Shown: positions 27,392 to 36,232 of the stretch, in pieces
Layout: each line of letters starts with the position of its first letter
Numbering within the stretch: the stretch's first letter is position 1
NCBI GenBank assembly: GCA_900752095.1
Contig: CAADUD010000061.1
Location: forward strand, 1-44,264
Direction of reading: 5' to 3'
DNA length: 44,264 bases
From: Clostridia bacterium
GTDB lineage: Bacteria > Bacillota > Clostridia > TANB77 > CAG-508
Made by a program: the position numbers and the translations under genes
Notes under the pieces: generated by a model
What the model was told of the DNA's origin: nothing
The model's database searches: none
The model's input: the letters and a program-made list of their open reading frames with translations, nothing else

Positions 27392-27700
27392 ATGCCTAAA
27401 GATAAGAAAATAAATATACGATTAACTGAAAAAGAGAAAAATATAATTGAACTAAAAGCAAAAAAGTTGAATATGACTATTACAAAATTTATCGTAAGTT
27501 CTTGTTTAAAAGATAAAATTGTTATTGTAAATGGACTAGATAAAGTTGATACTGAACTTAGGAGAATAGGAAATAATATCAATCAATTAACAAGACTTGC
27601 AAACGAAAAAATAATTACGGTAATTGATTTGAAGGAACTGCGAATGGAAGTGAATAATATATGGCAATTATTGAAGCAATTAGTTCAAAAGCAAACATAA
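27392..27700 (+). CDS. mobC: MobC-family relaxosome accessory protein
   Basis: 102 aa; RLTEKEKNIIELKAKKLNMTITKFI and ELRRIGNNINQLTRLAN are MobC hallmarks; overlaps the relaxase start by 40 nt. Confidence 0.85.
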   Translation: MPKDKKINIRLTEKEKNIIELKAKKLNMTITKFIVSSCLKDKIVIVNGLDKVDTELRRIGNNINQLTRLANEKIITVIDLKELRMEVNNIWQLLKQLVQKQT

Positions 27701-28899
27701 AAAGAATTATAAGCTATGTTACACAAGATAAAAAAACAAATGTAAATTTAATTTCTGGAAAAGATTGTATGGCTGAAAGTTGTTTAGAGGAAATGCTATA
27801 TACCAAAAATCTATATCACAAAAATTGTGGTAGACAATATATACATATTATTCAATCATTTGATCCTAAAGATAATTTATCTGCAGAACAAGTTCATAAT
27901 GTTGGAATTAAAATAGCAAATACTTTTAATGGATTTCAAGTATTAGTTGCAACACATATTGATAAAAATCATTTGCATAATCATTTAGTTATAAATTCTG
28001 TATCATTTGAAAATGGATATAAAATTCAAATGAGTAAAAAAGATTTGCAGTATATAAAAGATTACTCGGATAAATTATGTTTAGAAATTGGAGCTTCAGT
28101 TATTTCTAAAAAAGAAAAAACAAATTATATAAAAAGAAATGAATATAGAGTAGCTGAACAAGGTAAAAGTTGGAAATTTAAATTAATGAATGCAATCGAT
28201 TTATCATTAGCAGAAAGTAATTGTAAAGATGATTTTATTAAAAATATGAATAAATTGGGATATCAAGTTAATTGGACTGATGCAAGAAAATACATTACAT
28301 ATACAACACCTGAAGGATATAAATGTAGAGATAATAAATTATATGATGAAAAATATTCAAAAGGAGCAATGGAAAATGAATTTAGAAGAATTGAAAAAGA
28401 ACAATCAAATAGTACAAGAAAGTCAAGTAGTTCCATCAATAGTAAAGATGGATTATTATCTAATAGAACCAGGGATAATAAAGGATTTATATCAAATGGA
28501 ACAAACAATAGTAGAAGATATAACAATTATGAAAAAGAAAGTACAAGATACACAGGAAAAGTTATTAAAGGACAATATTCGAATGAACGAGGAAATGAAA
28601 AAATTGGTAGAGGAAAAATTGAAAGATCAATTTTACAACTTGAAACAGGAATTGAAGGAAACAGAAGAGGAACAGAAAAGCAAGATTTCCAAAATAAAAT
28701 GGAAAACAGGGTTAATAACATTCTTGGTGGGATTATTGCTATCAGCAATATGGTTTCTAACTCACAAGTAAACCATAGACCTAAAAGAAAAATTAGAAGA
28801 TATAGGACTTTATCAAAACAAGCTATGAAAGAATATGCAATGAAGAAAGCTAATTCTAGTGGTTTTGATTGGTTTGAAGATGAGGAAGAAATATATTAA
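27661..28899 (+). CDS. Relaxase / mobilization nuclease (MobA/VirD2-type relaxase domain)
   Basis: 412 aa; MAIIEAISSKANIKRIISYV start, HIIQSFDP, and histidine triad HIDKNHLHNHLVINSV; low-complexity purine-rich 3' third. Confidence 0.88.
   Translation: MAIIEAISSKANIKRIISYVTQDKKTNVNLISGKDCMAESCLEEMLYTKNLYHKNCGRQYIHIIQSFDPKDNLSAEQVHNVGIKIANTFNGFQVLVATHIDKNHLHNHLVINSVSFENGYKIQMSKKDLQYIKDYSDKLCLEIGASVISKKEKTNYIKRNEYRVAEQGKSWKFKLMNAIDLSLAESNCKDDFIKNMNKLGYQVNWTDARKYITYTTPEGYKCRDNKLYDEKYSKGAMENEFRRIEKEQSNSTRKSSSSINSKDGLLSNRTRDNKGFISNGTNNSRRYNNYEKESTRYTGKVIKGQYSNERGNEKIGRGKIERSILQLETGIEGNRRGTEKQDFQNKMENRVNNILGGIIAISNMVSNSQVNHRPKRKIRRYRTLSKQAMKEYAMKKANSSGFDWFEDEEEIY
28376..28771 (+). CDS. Possible nested gene in an alternative frame of the relaxase 3' region (coiled-coil protein with C-terminal TM helix)
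   Basis: aaggag (28361-28366) 9 nt before ATG 28376; MNLEELKKNNQ...KLVEEKLKDQFYNLKQELKETEEEQKSKISKIKWKTGLITFLVGLLLSAIWFLTHK. Caveat: purine-rich DNA keeps all frames open. Confidence 0.35.
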   Translation: MNLEELKKNNQIVQESQVVPSIVKMDYYLIEPGIIKDLYQMEQTIVEDITIMKKKVQDTQEKLLKDNIRMNEEMKKLVEEKLKDQFYNLKQELKETEEEQKSKISKIKWKTGLITFLVGLLLSAIWFLTHK

Positions 28900-29011
28900 A
28901 TATTGACACTAGTATGAGTTCAAAATCTTGTTTTTATTAACTTCTTATGATAAAATTTTTAGTGAAAACAAATAATTTTTATTTAGAGTTAATAAGTGAA
29001 AGGATTCTTTT

Positions 29012-31009
29012 ATGTCTAAATTAAAAGATAATTTATTAAAATTAATAAATAAAATATTTAATAAAAAAAATAATAAGATAGAGTTACTTCCGCCAACTCA
29101 AGGTGAAAAGATATTAAATGAATTTACAAGAGGTGGAATAATTAAAGATTTTGAAAGAGAAATAAATAATGGGCTTAATATAGTAAAGCTAGATAGTTTA
29201 TATGGCAATAAATTAGGTACTGAAAAATATATTTATAATCTGCCATTGACTAGTAAACTGTCTGAAAATCAGACTATTTTACTGGCAAAACAGTTTTTCG
29301 CAAGTTTAGGTACAGAGTTATCAGACAAAGCCAATCGAGTATTATCTAGTGAGGATAGTAAGTTCAAGTTTATTTTTGAAAAATATGGTCAATCATTAGA
29401 TAGAAATGGAAATCCAAGAGAAGCAGAAGTTAGTAATTTTAGTGAAGTATATTGTCCTATAAGAGGTGATTTACGAGATTTATATAGTGTCGTACATGAG
29501 GTAACTCATATTTTTGACTTAAGCAATGGAGATACTGAAGCAAGAAAAATTTTTGGAGAAATTGCTCCACAATGTATGGAAAGACTGTTAGATGAGTATT
29601 TATTAAATTTAAGTGATGGAGACATACAGAAATATGGACTTGATAGAAATATATTAATACAAGATATTAGAAATAGACAGGTGTCAACATTTCTTTCAAG
29701 AAAAGATAATATTAAATCTTTTAATAATGGTACTGGTAATAAAGCACTAGATTTAAGATATATATTAGCCCAAATATATTCATCTGAATATATGAAATTA
29801 GATAAAAATACAAGAACTAGTGAATTACTTGAACTAATGAAAAGTATAGGATCTAATGATAGCATTTCTTGTAGTAAAGCTTTTGGAATTGATTTAAAAA
29901 ATAAATTAAAAATGCAATTTATAATGTCTGATATAGTTAAGAATATTAAAAATACTAATAATCAAATGTTGCTACAAGAAAAATTACAAGAAATATTAGA
30001 CAAGTCAAGAAAAGAAAAAAATTTTAAGGTATCAATAGGTAACCAAAATGTGCATATTAATTTAGAATCTAAAATTCCTTTTATATTAATTACACCATCT
30101 CATTTAGAAAACGGACAAACATTAGTAATGGAATCAAATAATCTAGAAACTAATAATAAAGAATTATTACTAAAACAAGCATTGGATACAGGAAGAGAAC
30201 TAAATGATATTTTAAACGGAAGCAATCCCATTTTAATACCAATATTACCAAGTGAATCACCAACTGCACCATATTATCAACAATTATCAGCAGAATGCTT
30301 TGAAAGTGGGAAAAGGCCAGATTTAGATATTGTAGAAATAATAGATAAAGCAAAAGAAATTATGGATAAAGAATATAGCACAAAAGTAAATGATAAGATA
30401 TTTTTAAATGGTTATTCATCATCTGGTTGCTTTGCTCAAAGATTTTCTCTAATTCATCCTGAACTTATTAATACTGCATGTATAGGTGGTTCAAGTGGAA
30501 GTATCCCTATTCCAAATACAGATTTAGATTATCCACTAGGTATTAAAAACTATGAAGAATTATTTGGAAAAAGTTTTAATATAGAAGAATATAGAAAAAT
30601 TACATTTGATTATTATGTTGGCAGTTTAGAGTGTGAAATAAAATCTTTGACTAGAACTGATGAAGATGGAAATTTAGCACCTATGCATGATATGAGTTAT
30701 TTTAACAGAAGTGTTCCATCAGATGTGGGCAGAGTTCAAAGAAAAAATTTAGGTCAAGATATGTTTGAGAGAGCTGAAAAAACAGTAAGTATTCTAAAAA
30801 ATATGGGAATTAATATAAGTCATAGAATTATACCTAATAGAACACATAATAATAAAGAAGCTATAGAACTTATGAAAAATAATCCAAATTATAAAAACAT
30901 AAAGGGTATTCATGATGAGCAAAGACAAATAATTAGTTCATCATTCAGAAGTATGTTACAAAGACAAAATAGTATGAAAAAAGAAAATAATGAAATTTTG
31001 AAAGATTAA
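29012..31009 (+). CDS. Two-domain hydrolase: N-terminal M3-like zinc metallopeptidase core fused to C-terminal alpha/beta-hydrolase-like domain
   Basis: 665 aa, no signal peptide. HEVTH (29495-29509) with EIAPQ 19 aa downstream (gluzincin/M3-like third ligand). C-terminal nucleophile-elbow-like GYSSSG (30420-30437), later RTHNN. Confidence 0.65.
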   Translation: MSKLKDNLLKLINKIFNKKNNKIELLPPTQGEKILNEFTRGGIIKDFEREINNGLNIVKLDSLYGNKLGTEKYIYNLPLTSKLSENQTILLAKQFFASLGTELSDKANRVLSSEDSKFKFIFEKYGQSLDRNGNPREAEVSNFSEVYCPIRGDLRDLYSVVHEVTHIFDLSNGDTEARKIFGEIAPQCMERLLDEYLLNLSDGDIQKYGLDRNILIQDIRNRQVSTFLSRKDNIKSFNNGTGNKALDLRYILAQIYSSEYMKLDKNTRTSELLELMKSIGSNDSISCSKAFGIDLKNKLKMQFIMSDIVKNIKNTNNQMLLQEKLQEILDKSRKEKNFKVSIGNQNVHINLESKIPFILITPSHLENGQTLVMESNNLETNNKELLLKQALDTGRELNDILNGSNPILIPILPSESPTAPYYQQLSAECFESGKRPDLDIVEIIDKAKEIMDKEYSTKVNDKIFLNGYSSSGCFAQRFSLIHPELINTACIGGSSGSIPIPNTDLDYPLGIKNYEELFGKSFNIEEYRKITFDYYVGSLECEIKSLTRTDEDGNLAPMHDMSYFNRSVPSDVGRVQRKNLGQDMFERAEKTVSILKNMGINISHRIIPNRTHNNKEAIELMKNNPNYKNIKGIHDEQRQIISSSFRSMLQRQNSMKKENNEILKD

Positions 31010-31071
31010 AATTAAGACTGAAATATTTTAAAATTACATTTTCTACAAACATTAAATTAAATAAAAAAATT

Positions 31072-31097
31072 AAAAGAGGAATTTACCTCTTTTTTTA
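31072..31097 (+). terminator. Rho-independent terminator after the hydrolase fusion gene
   Basis: aaaagagg / cctctttt stem then T-run. Confidence 0.7.
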
Positions 31098-31098
31098 T

Positions 31099-31151
31099 TG
31101 AATGCAATTATTACATTCAAAATATTTTCTATGAATGCAATATTGAATGCA
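31099..31151 (+). repeat. Three TGAATGCA motifs plus one inverted copy just inside attR (candidate arm-type sites)
   Basis: tgaatgca at 31099-31106, 31132-31139, 31144-31151; inverted acattca at 31113-31119. Confidence 0.5.
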
Positions 31152-31227
31152 GTAACATAAATATAGAGAAATTTTGAAAAAGTTTGAGAAAAGAAAAAAG
31201 GCTTAAAATAGCCTAAAAACAATTTAA

Positions 31228-31250
31228 GGAGCTTTCAAAAAGCTCCTTTT
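31228..31250. terminator. Island-borne hairpin now serving as terminator downstream of tRNA-Pro
   Basis: ggagcttt / aaagctcc 8-bp stem with T-runs on both strands. Confidence 0.65.
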
Positions 31251-31264
31251 TCTGGTCGAGGCGA
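31249..31264. repeat. attR: 16-bp direct repeat (3' end of tRNA-Pro plus 4 nt)
   Basis: tttctggtcgaggcga identical to 20890-20905; 31253-31264 is rc of TCGCCTCGACCA. Confidence 0.85.
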
Positions 31265-31328
31265 CAGGGATCGAACCTGCGACCTCATGGTCCCAAACCA
31301 CGCGCGCTACCAACTGCGCTACGCCTCG
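31253..31328 (-). tRNA. tRNA-Pro (anticodon UGG)
   Basis: rc: CGAGGCG TA GCGC AGTTGGTA GCGC G CGTGG TTTGGGA CCATG AGGTC GCAGG TTCGATC CCTGT CGCCTCG A CCA; full cloverleaf, encoded CCA. Confidence 0.95.
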
Positions 31329-31349
31329 ATTAATTTAGGATACTTATAT

Positions 31350-31378
31350 ACTATAACATACTTTTTTTTATTTTGCAA
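31350..31378 (-). promoter_or_regulatory. Promoter for tRNA-Pro
   Basis: TTGCAA (31373-31378), 17 nt, TATAGT (rc of 31350-31355). Confidence 0.5.
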
Positions 31379-31397
31379 GATTTTTTTGCATTTTCTA

Positions 31398-31426
31398 TTG
31401 AATATTTTTAATTTTTTAGCTATAAT
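31398..31426 (+). promoter_or_regulatory. Promoter for tRNA-Arg(ACG)
   Basis: TTGAAT 31398-31403, 17 nt, TATAAT 31421-31426. Confidence 0.5.
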
Positions 31427-31496
31427 ATATATGTTATGTAAGATGTTAAAACAAAATAACAAATTGCAAACTTATATTTTTATCTTAATTAAAGTT

Positions 31497-31573
<77 letters not shown>

Positions 31574-31730
31574 ATGACGTTTCTGTTCGAACTAATAGAA
31601 CAGAGTTGATACAAAATCAATCAGAAAATAAAATCTGGTTGTTTTTTGTTTGCAATAGATAAATTATAAAAATAGAATAAGTTGAAAGAAATACAGAAAT
31701 CTTATATCTATTTGGTAGTATTTAGATATA

Positions 31731-31759
31731 TTGAAATTAACATAAAAGTGTGATATAAT
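31731..31759 (+). promoter_or_regulatory. Promoter with extended -10 for the higher-GC orphan
   Basis: TTGAAA 31731-31736, 17 nt, TGaTATAAT (-10 at 31754-31759). Confidence 0.6.
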
Positions 31760-31792
31760 AATGCCATCAAACTTTTGAAAGGAGTGTCTTAT

Positions 31793-32338
31793 ATGGCAAG
31801 ATTTTGGCTTATTCAGCGGGGAACTTTTAAAGAAGAAACCGGCAAAGTTCTTACAGGTAAAAATCTTATAGGCCCAAATGGAATTGTAACTCTTCACTAC
31901 ATGGGCTCCTCAGAATTCCAGTTTGCTGCAATTGAAAAAGCATATCGGCGTTTAATGTATCATTTTTCTGAGTATGAAGTTTTTCATGCAGGGATTTATA
32001 CTCCTGAAAACGACGAACTGTTGGTGTTTTGCAAGAAGAGTTGCTCAACAGAAGTGATACGGTCTATTTGCCAGTATATTGAGAAACCTTATCATCTCAA
32101 AGAATATTCGGAACTCGAAGAAGTACACAAAGCCAAAAAAGGAGACACATCATACGATAGACGCCACAGTAATTTCTGGTGGTGTATTGATATTAAATCG
32201 TATGGAGACTGGATGGCTTTTCTGCAGTCTCATTCAGAACAACTTTTAAGGATTGTAAAAGAGAGCTATCAGAACTGGTGGCTAGTTAAGTCGCCAGAAG
32301 AACGCGAAGAAGAATATCAGAAATCTCTTCGGTGGTAA
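31793..32338 (+). CDS. Cytoplasmic protein of unknown function (181 aa), higher-GC gene
   Basis: ATG 31793 with gaaaggag RBS (track ORF starts 31775); MARFWLIQRGTFKEE...HYMGSSEFQFAAIEKAY...FWWCIDIKSYGDWMAF; 40% GC in block 31861-31920; no family recognised. Confidence 0.75.
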   Translation: MARFWLIQRGTFKEETGKVLTGKNLIGPNGIVTLHYMGSSEFQFAAIEKAYRRLMYHFSEYEVFHAGIYTPENDELLVFCKKSCSTEVIRSICQYIEKPYHLKEYSELEEVHKAKKGDTSYDRRHSNFWWCIDIKSYGDWMAFLQSHSEQLLRIVKESYQNWWLVKSPEEREEEYQKSLRW

Positions 32339-32342
32339 CAAA

Positions 32343-32387
32343 ACAGAGAGAATGCCTTAATAAATAGACATTCTCTCTGTTTCATTT
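32343..32387 (+). terminator. Terminator 1 after the orphan gene
   Basis: acagagagaatg / cattctctctgt 12-bp stem (32343-32354 / 32369-32380). Confidence 0.7.
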
Positions 32388-32393
32388 GGCACC

Positions 32394-32428
32394 AAAACAC
32401 TGTGAAAAATAAATTTCACAGTGTTTTT
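32394..32428. terminator. Terminator 2, bidirectional (also serves copA)
   Basis: aaaacactgtgaaa / tttcacagtgtttt 14-bp stem, T-runs on both strands. Confidence 0.8.
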
Positions 32429-32472
32429 AGTATGTGTGTTTATTTTATTGTTTTAAATTTATATATAAAAAA

Positions 32473-34672
32473 CTATTTTTTCAATCTTAAAGTATTTAAT
32501 ATTACAGTAATACTACTTAATACCATAGCTAAACTTGCAATCATAGGGTTAATAGAAATTCCAATAGGTTTTAATATTCCTATAGCGATTGGTATCATTA
32601 GGCAATTATAGAAAAATGCCCAAAATAAATTTTGTTTAATATTTCTAATTGTTTTTTTACTAATATTAATTAAGTTTACAATACTTCTTAAATCACTATT
32701 TGTTAATATAACATCAGAAGAATCCATAGCAATGTCTGTTCCACTATTGACACTAACTCCAATATCTGAACTTGCAAGTGCAGGGCTATCATTTATTCCA
32801 TCTCCACACATCATGATAAATTTATTTTCTTTTTTCAATTCTTTTATGGTATTTGCTTTTTGTGATGGTAACACATTAGCGATTACTTTTGTAATTCCTA
32901 GTTCATTGGCAATTTTTTGTGCTGTTTCGCTGTTGTCGCCGAGTTAACATAATAGAATCTATTTTTTGTTTAGACAACTTCTGAATTACTTCTTTGGCTT
33001 CTTCTCTTACAATATCATTTACCCCAATTAAGGCAATAACTTCTTTATTTTTTGCAACATATAAAATGCTATTTCCCTTTTCAGCTAATTTTTTTTCATC
33101 ATCTAAGTATTTATTTGAAATATTATATTTATCAAGTATTTTGGAATTGCCAAGTAATATTTCTTCATTCTCTATTTTACCGAAAACTCCCAAACCCGCT
33201 ATATTTTCAAAATCGTGAACATCTAAAATTTCTATTTTATTTTCTTCTAAATAATCTGTAAATGCTTTCCCAATTGGGTGGGTAGACTTACTTTCTATAC
33301 TTCCAACTAATTGTAATAATTTTTTCTCTTCTAATGAAGTATAATTTATTACTTCTGCTATTTTTAATTTTCCATAAGTTAAGGTACCTGTTTTATCAAA
33401 AACAACGGTATTTACTTTTGATGCATTTTCTAATATTTCGCTTTTCTTCACTAAAATTCCATTGCTTGCACATAATCCTTCACTTACAACAATGGCTAAA
33501 GGTGTTGCTAACCCTAAACTACAAGGACAAGCTATTACTAATATGGTAACAAAAGTAGAAATAGCCGATTCAAAAGTTTGGCCTATTAAGAGATAAGCTA
33601 CAAAAGCAATAATTGCAATTATGATAACGAAGGGAACAAAATAACCAGCTACTTTATCAGCAATTTTAGCAATTGGTGCTTTGGTATTACTTGCTTCTAT
33701 CACTAATCTTACAATTTCAGATACTGTAGATTCTTTTCCTATTTTTTCCGCTTTATATTCAATATATCCGTCATAATTCATACTTCCTGCAATGACTTTA
33801 TTACCGGTTTCTTTTGCAATAGGCTTACTTTCTCCTGTAATAAAAGACTCATCCAAATGTGCTTTCCCAAATAAAATTTCTCCATCTACTGCTACTTTTT
33901 CTCCTGCTTTAGAAATAACAATATCTCCCTTATGAATTTCATCAAGTGTTACTATTTTTTCTTTTCCATCTACTTTTAAAGTTGCTGTATTTGGTGTAAT
34001 CTTAACTAATTTTTGGATTGCATCCTTGGTTTTGTCTTTACTAATTCCATCTATATATCTACCTAACTTTATAAAATAAATGACAATTGCAGCTGATTCA
34101 AAATATAAATTCATAACCAACTCATGATGTCCCATAAATACTAAGTACATATTGTAGAAACTATATAATAAGCTTGCTATTACTCCAATTCCTACTAATG
34201 TATCCATGTTAGGTGTTCTATGAATTAAATTTTTATATCCATTTTTTAAGATATCAAAACCATAAAAAATAAAGCAAATGGTTAATAGAAGTAGAGCAAT
34301 CATGTAGTTTGTAGAATTTACATGTGGGTCTAAAAATGGAACCGTTGGCAAATTTATCATATGTCCCATGGAAATATACATTAGCAATATTGCTAATATG
34401 GTAAAAACAATAAATTTAACTTTCTCTTTTTTTGTTTGCTTTTCAAACTTTATTTCTCTAAATTCTCCCAAACTCTTAAAGCCTGCTTCTTTTACAAACT
34501 CTTCTATTTTGGCTTGATTTAAAATTTTTTCATCATATTCTATAGTAGCGTTTGCCATAACTAAATTTACTACAGCATTAAAAACCCCATTTTGCTTATT
34601 TAAATATTTTTCTAGTCCATTAGAACAAGCACTACAAGTCATTCCATCAATCGATAAAGTTATTTTTTTCAT
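32473..34672 (-). pseudogene. copA: Copper-translocating P1B-type ATPase split by a single-base insertion
   Basis: Track ORFs 32903-34672 and 32473-32874 are one gene: HMA GMTCSACS, CPC (ACPCSLGLATP), DKTGT, then GDGINDSPALA in the second ORF. Removing one base at ~32941 turns ...MLTRRQQRNSTKNCQ-stop into ...[32 protein letters not shown]. Confidence 0.85.
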
Positions 34673-34675
34673 TCT

Positions 34676-34888
34676 TTAATCTTCCTTTACAACCTCAAAT
34701 CCAATATCTTCAATTTTTTCTTTCATTTTATCTTCGGATACATCGTTATTTGCAGTAACAGTTACGATTCCACTAATATGGTCAGCAACTACCTTTTTAA
34801 TTCCTTCCATATTTTCTAAAGCATTTTTAATTCTATTTTCGCATCCATTACATACCATTCCTTTTACTTTTAAAAGTGTTTCTTTCAT
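34676..34888 (-). CDS. copZ: Copper chaperone CopZ (HMA domain)
   Basis: 70 aa; GMVCNGCENRIKNAL (MxCxxC); 3 nt upstream of copA. Confidence 0.9.
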   Translation of the reverse strand: MKETLLKVKGMVCNGCENRIKNALENMEGIKKVVADHISGIVTVTANNDVSEDKMKEKIEDIGFEVVKED

Positions 34889-34920
34889 AAAAATTCCATC
34901 CTTTCTTTTTCATTCATAAT

Positions 34921-35256
34921 TTATCCCAACTTATCTCCATTTTCTACTTTTTGGTCAGGGGTAATTAAAATAACTCCTTGTTTTGAATAAGTTCCTAAAA
35001 CAAGGACTTCAGATATAAAGTTTGCAATTTGTTTTGGTGCAAAGTTAACTACTGCTAATATTTGTTTTCCTAGTAAATCTGTTGGCTTATAACAATTCGT
35101 AATTTGGGCAGAAGAATGTTTTATTCCAATTTCTTTTCCAAAATCCAATGTTAATTGATAAGCAGGTTTTTTAGCTTTTTCAAAAACTTTGGCTTCTAAA
35201 ATAGTCCCTACACGAACATCCAATTTCATAAAATCGGTAAATTCTGCTAGTTCCAT
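34921..35256 (-). CDS. csaA: CsaA-like tRNA-binding-domain protein
   Basis: 111 aa; FMKLDVRVGTILEAKVFEKAKKPAYQLTLDFG ... VNFAPKQIANFISEVLVLG matches the CsaA/EMAP-II OB-fold pattern. Confidence 0.8.
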   Translation of the reverse strand: MELAEFTDFMKLDVRVGTILEAKVFEKAKKPAYQLTLDFGKEIGIKHSSAQITNCYKPTDLLGKQILAVVNFAPKQIANFISEVLVLGTYSKQGVILITPDQKVENGDKLG

Positions 35257-35367
35257 TTTTTCACATCCTTTCTATTTATTTTATATTTTGCCTTATTTTA
35301 AACTATTAATTTTTATTTTAAGCTTTAGTTGGTTTTCTTAGAGTTAGGTTTTTACAATATAACAAAA

Positions 35368-36090
35368 TTACATTTTTTTATTGTACTTACCATTTTGATA
35401 GATAAATAAATCTCCCTCTTTTGCATTTTCGTATAAGTTCTTTGGAAAATTAATTTCTTCAAAACCTTGTGTTTTACCAGCAATATTATTGTCCAAGTCA
35501 TATAACCATACTCTCCCCGAAGATTTTTCTCCTACTTCATAGGTATGACCATCAATTCTGACACTATTCAAATATTTATTTTGTTCTTCTATTTGTTGTT
35601 TAATCATGGAATTAATTTCTTTCCCAACAATCTGTGTTGCTTCTGTATCTAAAACAAAGTGACCTTCTTGCATTCTTAAAACACTGCCAAATGTACTTTC
35701 TTGAGGTAATTCTTCTACTTTTTTTGTTATTACTTCGTGACTTTTTTCTGGATTACAATTTGTTAAAAGATAGGAATTTCTATTGTCTACAGTATTACCA
35801 TAAAGGTAAAACATTTCTCCTTTATCTTTTGTACTTAAGGCATATTTTTCTAATATATTTCTTCTATCTAATAACATTTTATCCCTGAATTTTGTTGTTA
35901 TTTTGGAATGGTACAATGTTAAATCATTAGAAAGTAGATTGTTCCATTCAAAATCATTCTTAGGAATATTAACATTGTTAGTATTTTCTAGGTGATTTTT
36001 TAAATAATTGGATAATTCTTGAATAAAATTTTGCACAAATTTATTCTCCTTTAAATTATTAAATAACTCATTTACTAAATCTAAACTCAA
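35368..36090 (-). CDS. Hypothetical cytoplasmic protein (240 aa, TTG start)
   Basis: Long ORF downstream of the nuclease gene; agaggag RBS; no motif recognised (C-terminal EGDLFIYQNGKY faintly DUF3006-like). Confidence 0.6.
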   Translation of the reverse strand: MSLDLVNELFNNLKENKFVQNFIQELSNYLKNHLENTNNVNIPKNDFEWNNLLSNDLTLYHSKITTKFRDKMLLDRRNILEKYALSTKDKGEMFYLYGNTVDNRNSYLLTNCNPEKSHEVITKKVEELPQESTFGSVLRMQEGHFVLDTEATQIVGKEINSMIKQQIEEQNKYLNSVRIDGHTYEVGEKSSGRVWLYDLDNNIAGKTQGFEEINFPKNLYENAKEGDLFIYQNGKYNKKM

Positions 36091-36232
36091 TATGCAATCA
36101 CTCCTCTATTTAATTACATTGTTTGGAAAATCTACTATGGATTTATAGTAGTAAGAATAAAACTAGAGTGATTATATATGATTTTACAAAATTTTACAAT
36201 AGTTTTTATAAATTTGATTTCATAATATACTT

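Larger units (their letters stand above)
20890..31264. mobile_element. Integrative mobilizable element (~10.4 kb) in tRNA-Pro(UGG)
   Basis: Perfect 16-bp direct repeats at both ends, the right one being the tRNA 3' end. Contains tyrosine integrase, Xis-like HTH, replisome organizer, MobC, relaxase, oriT-like hairpin and cI-like repressor; no T4SS or coupling-protein genes. Confidence 0.85.

Noticed and set aside
28263-28748. Minus-strand track ORFs 28263-28526 and 28527-28748 under the relaxase tail
   Set aside because: The plus strand here is purine-rich, so the minus strand lacks the A/G needed for stop codons. The open frames are compositional.
32389-32395. GCACCAA matching the tRNA-Arg(ACG) 3' end (31568-31574), which would bracket the higher-GC orphan like att sites
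   Set aside because: The match is only 7 bp and no recombinase is present. It is compatible with chance.
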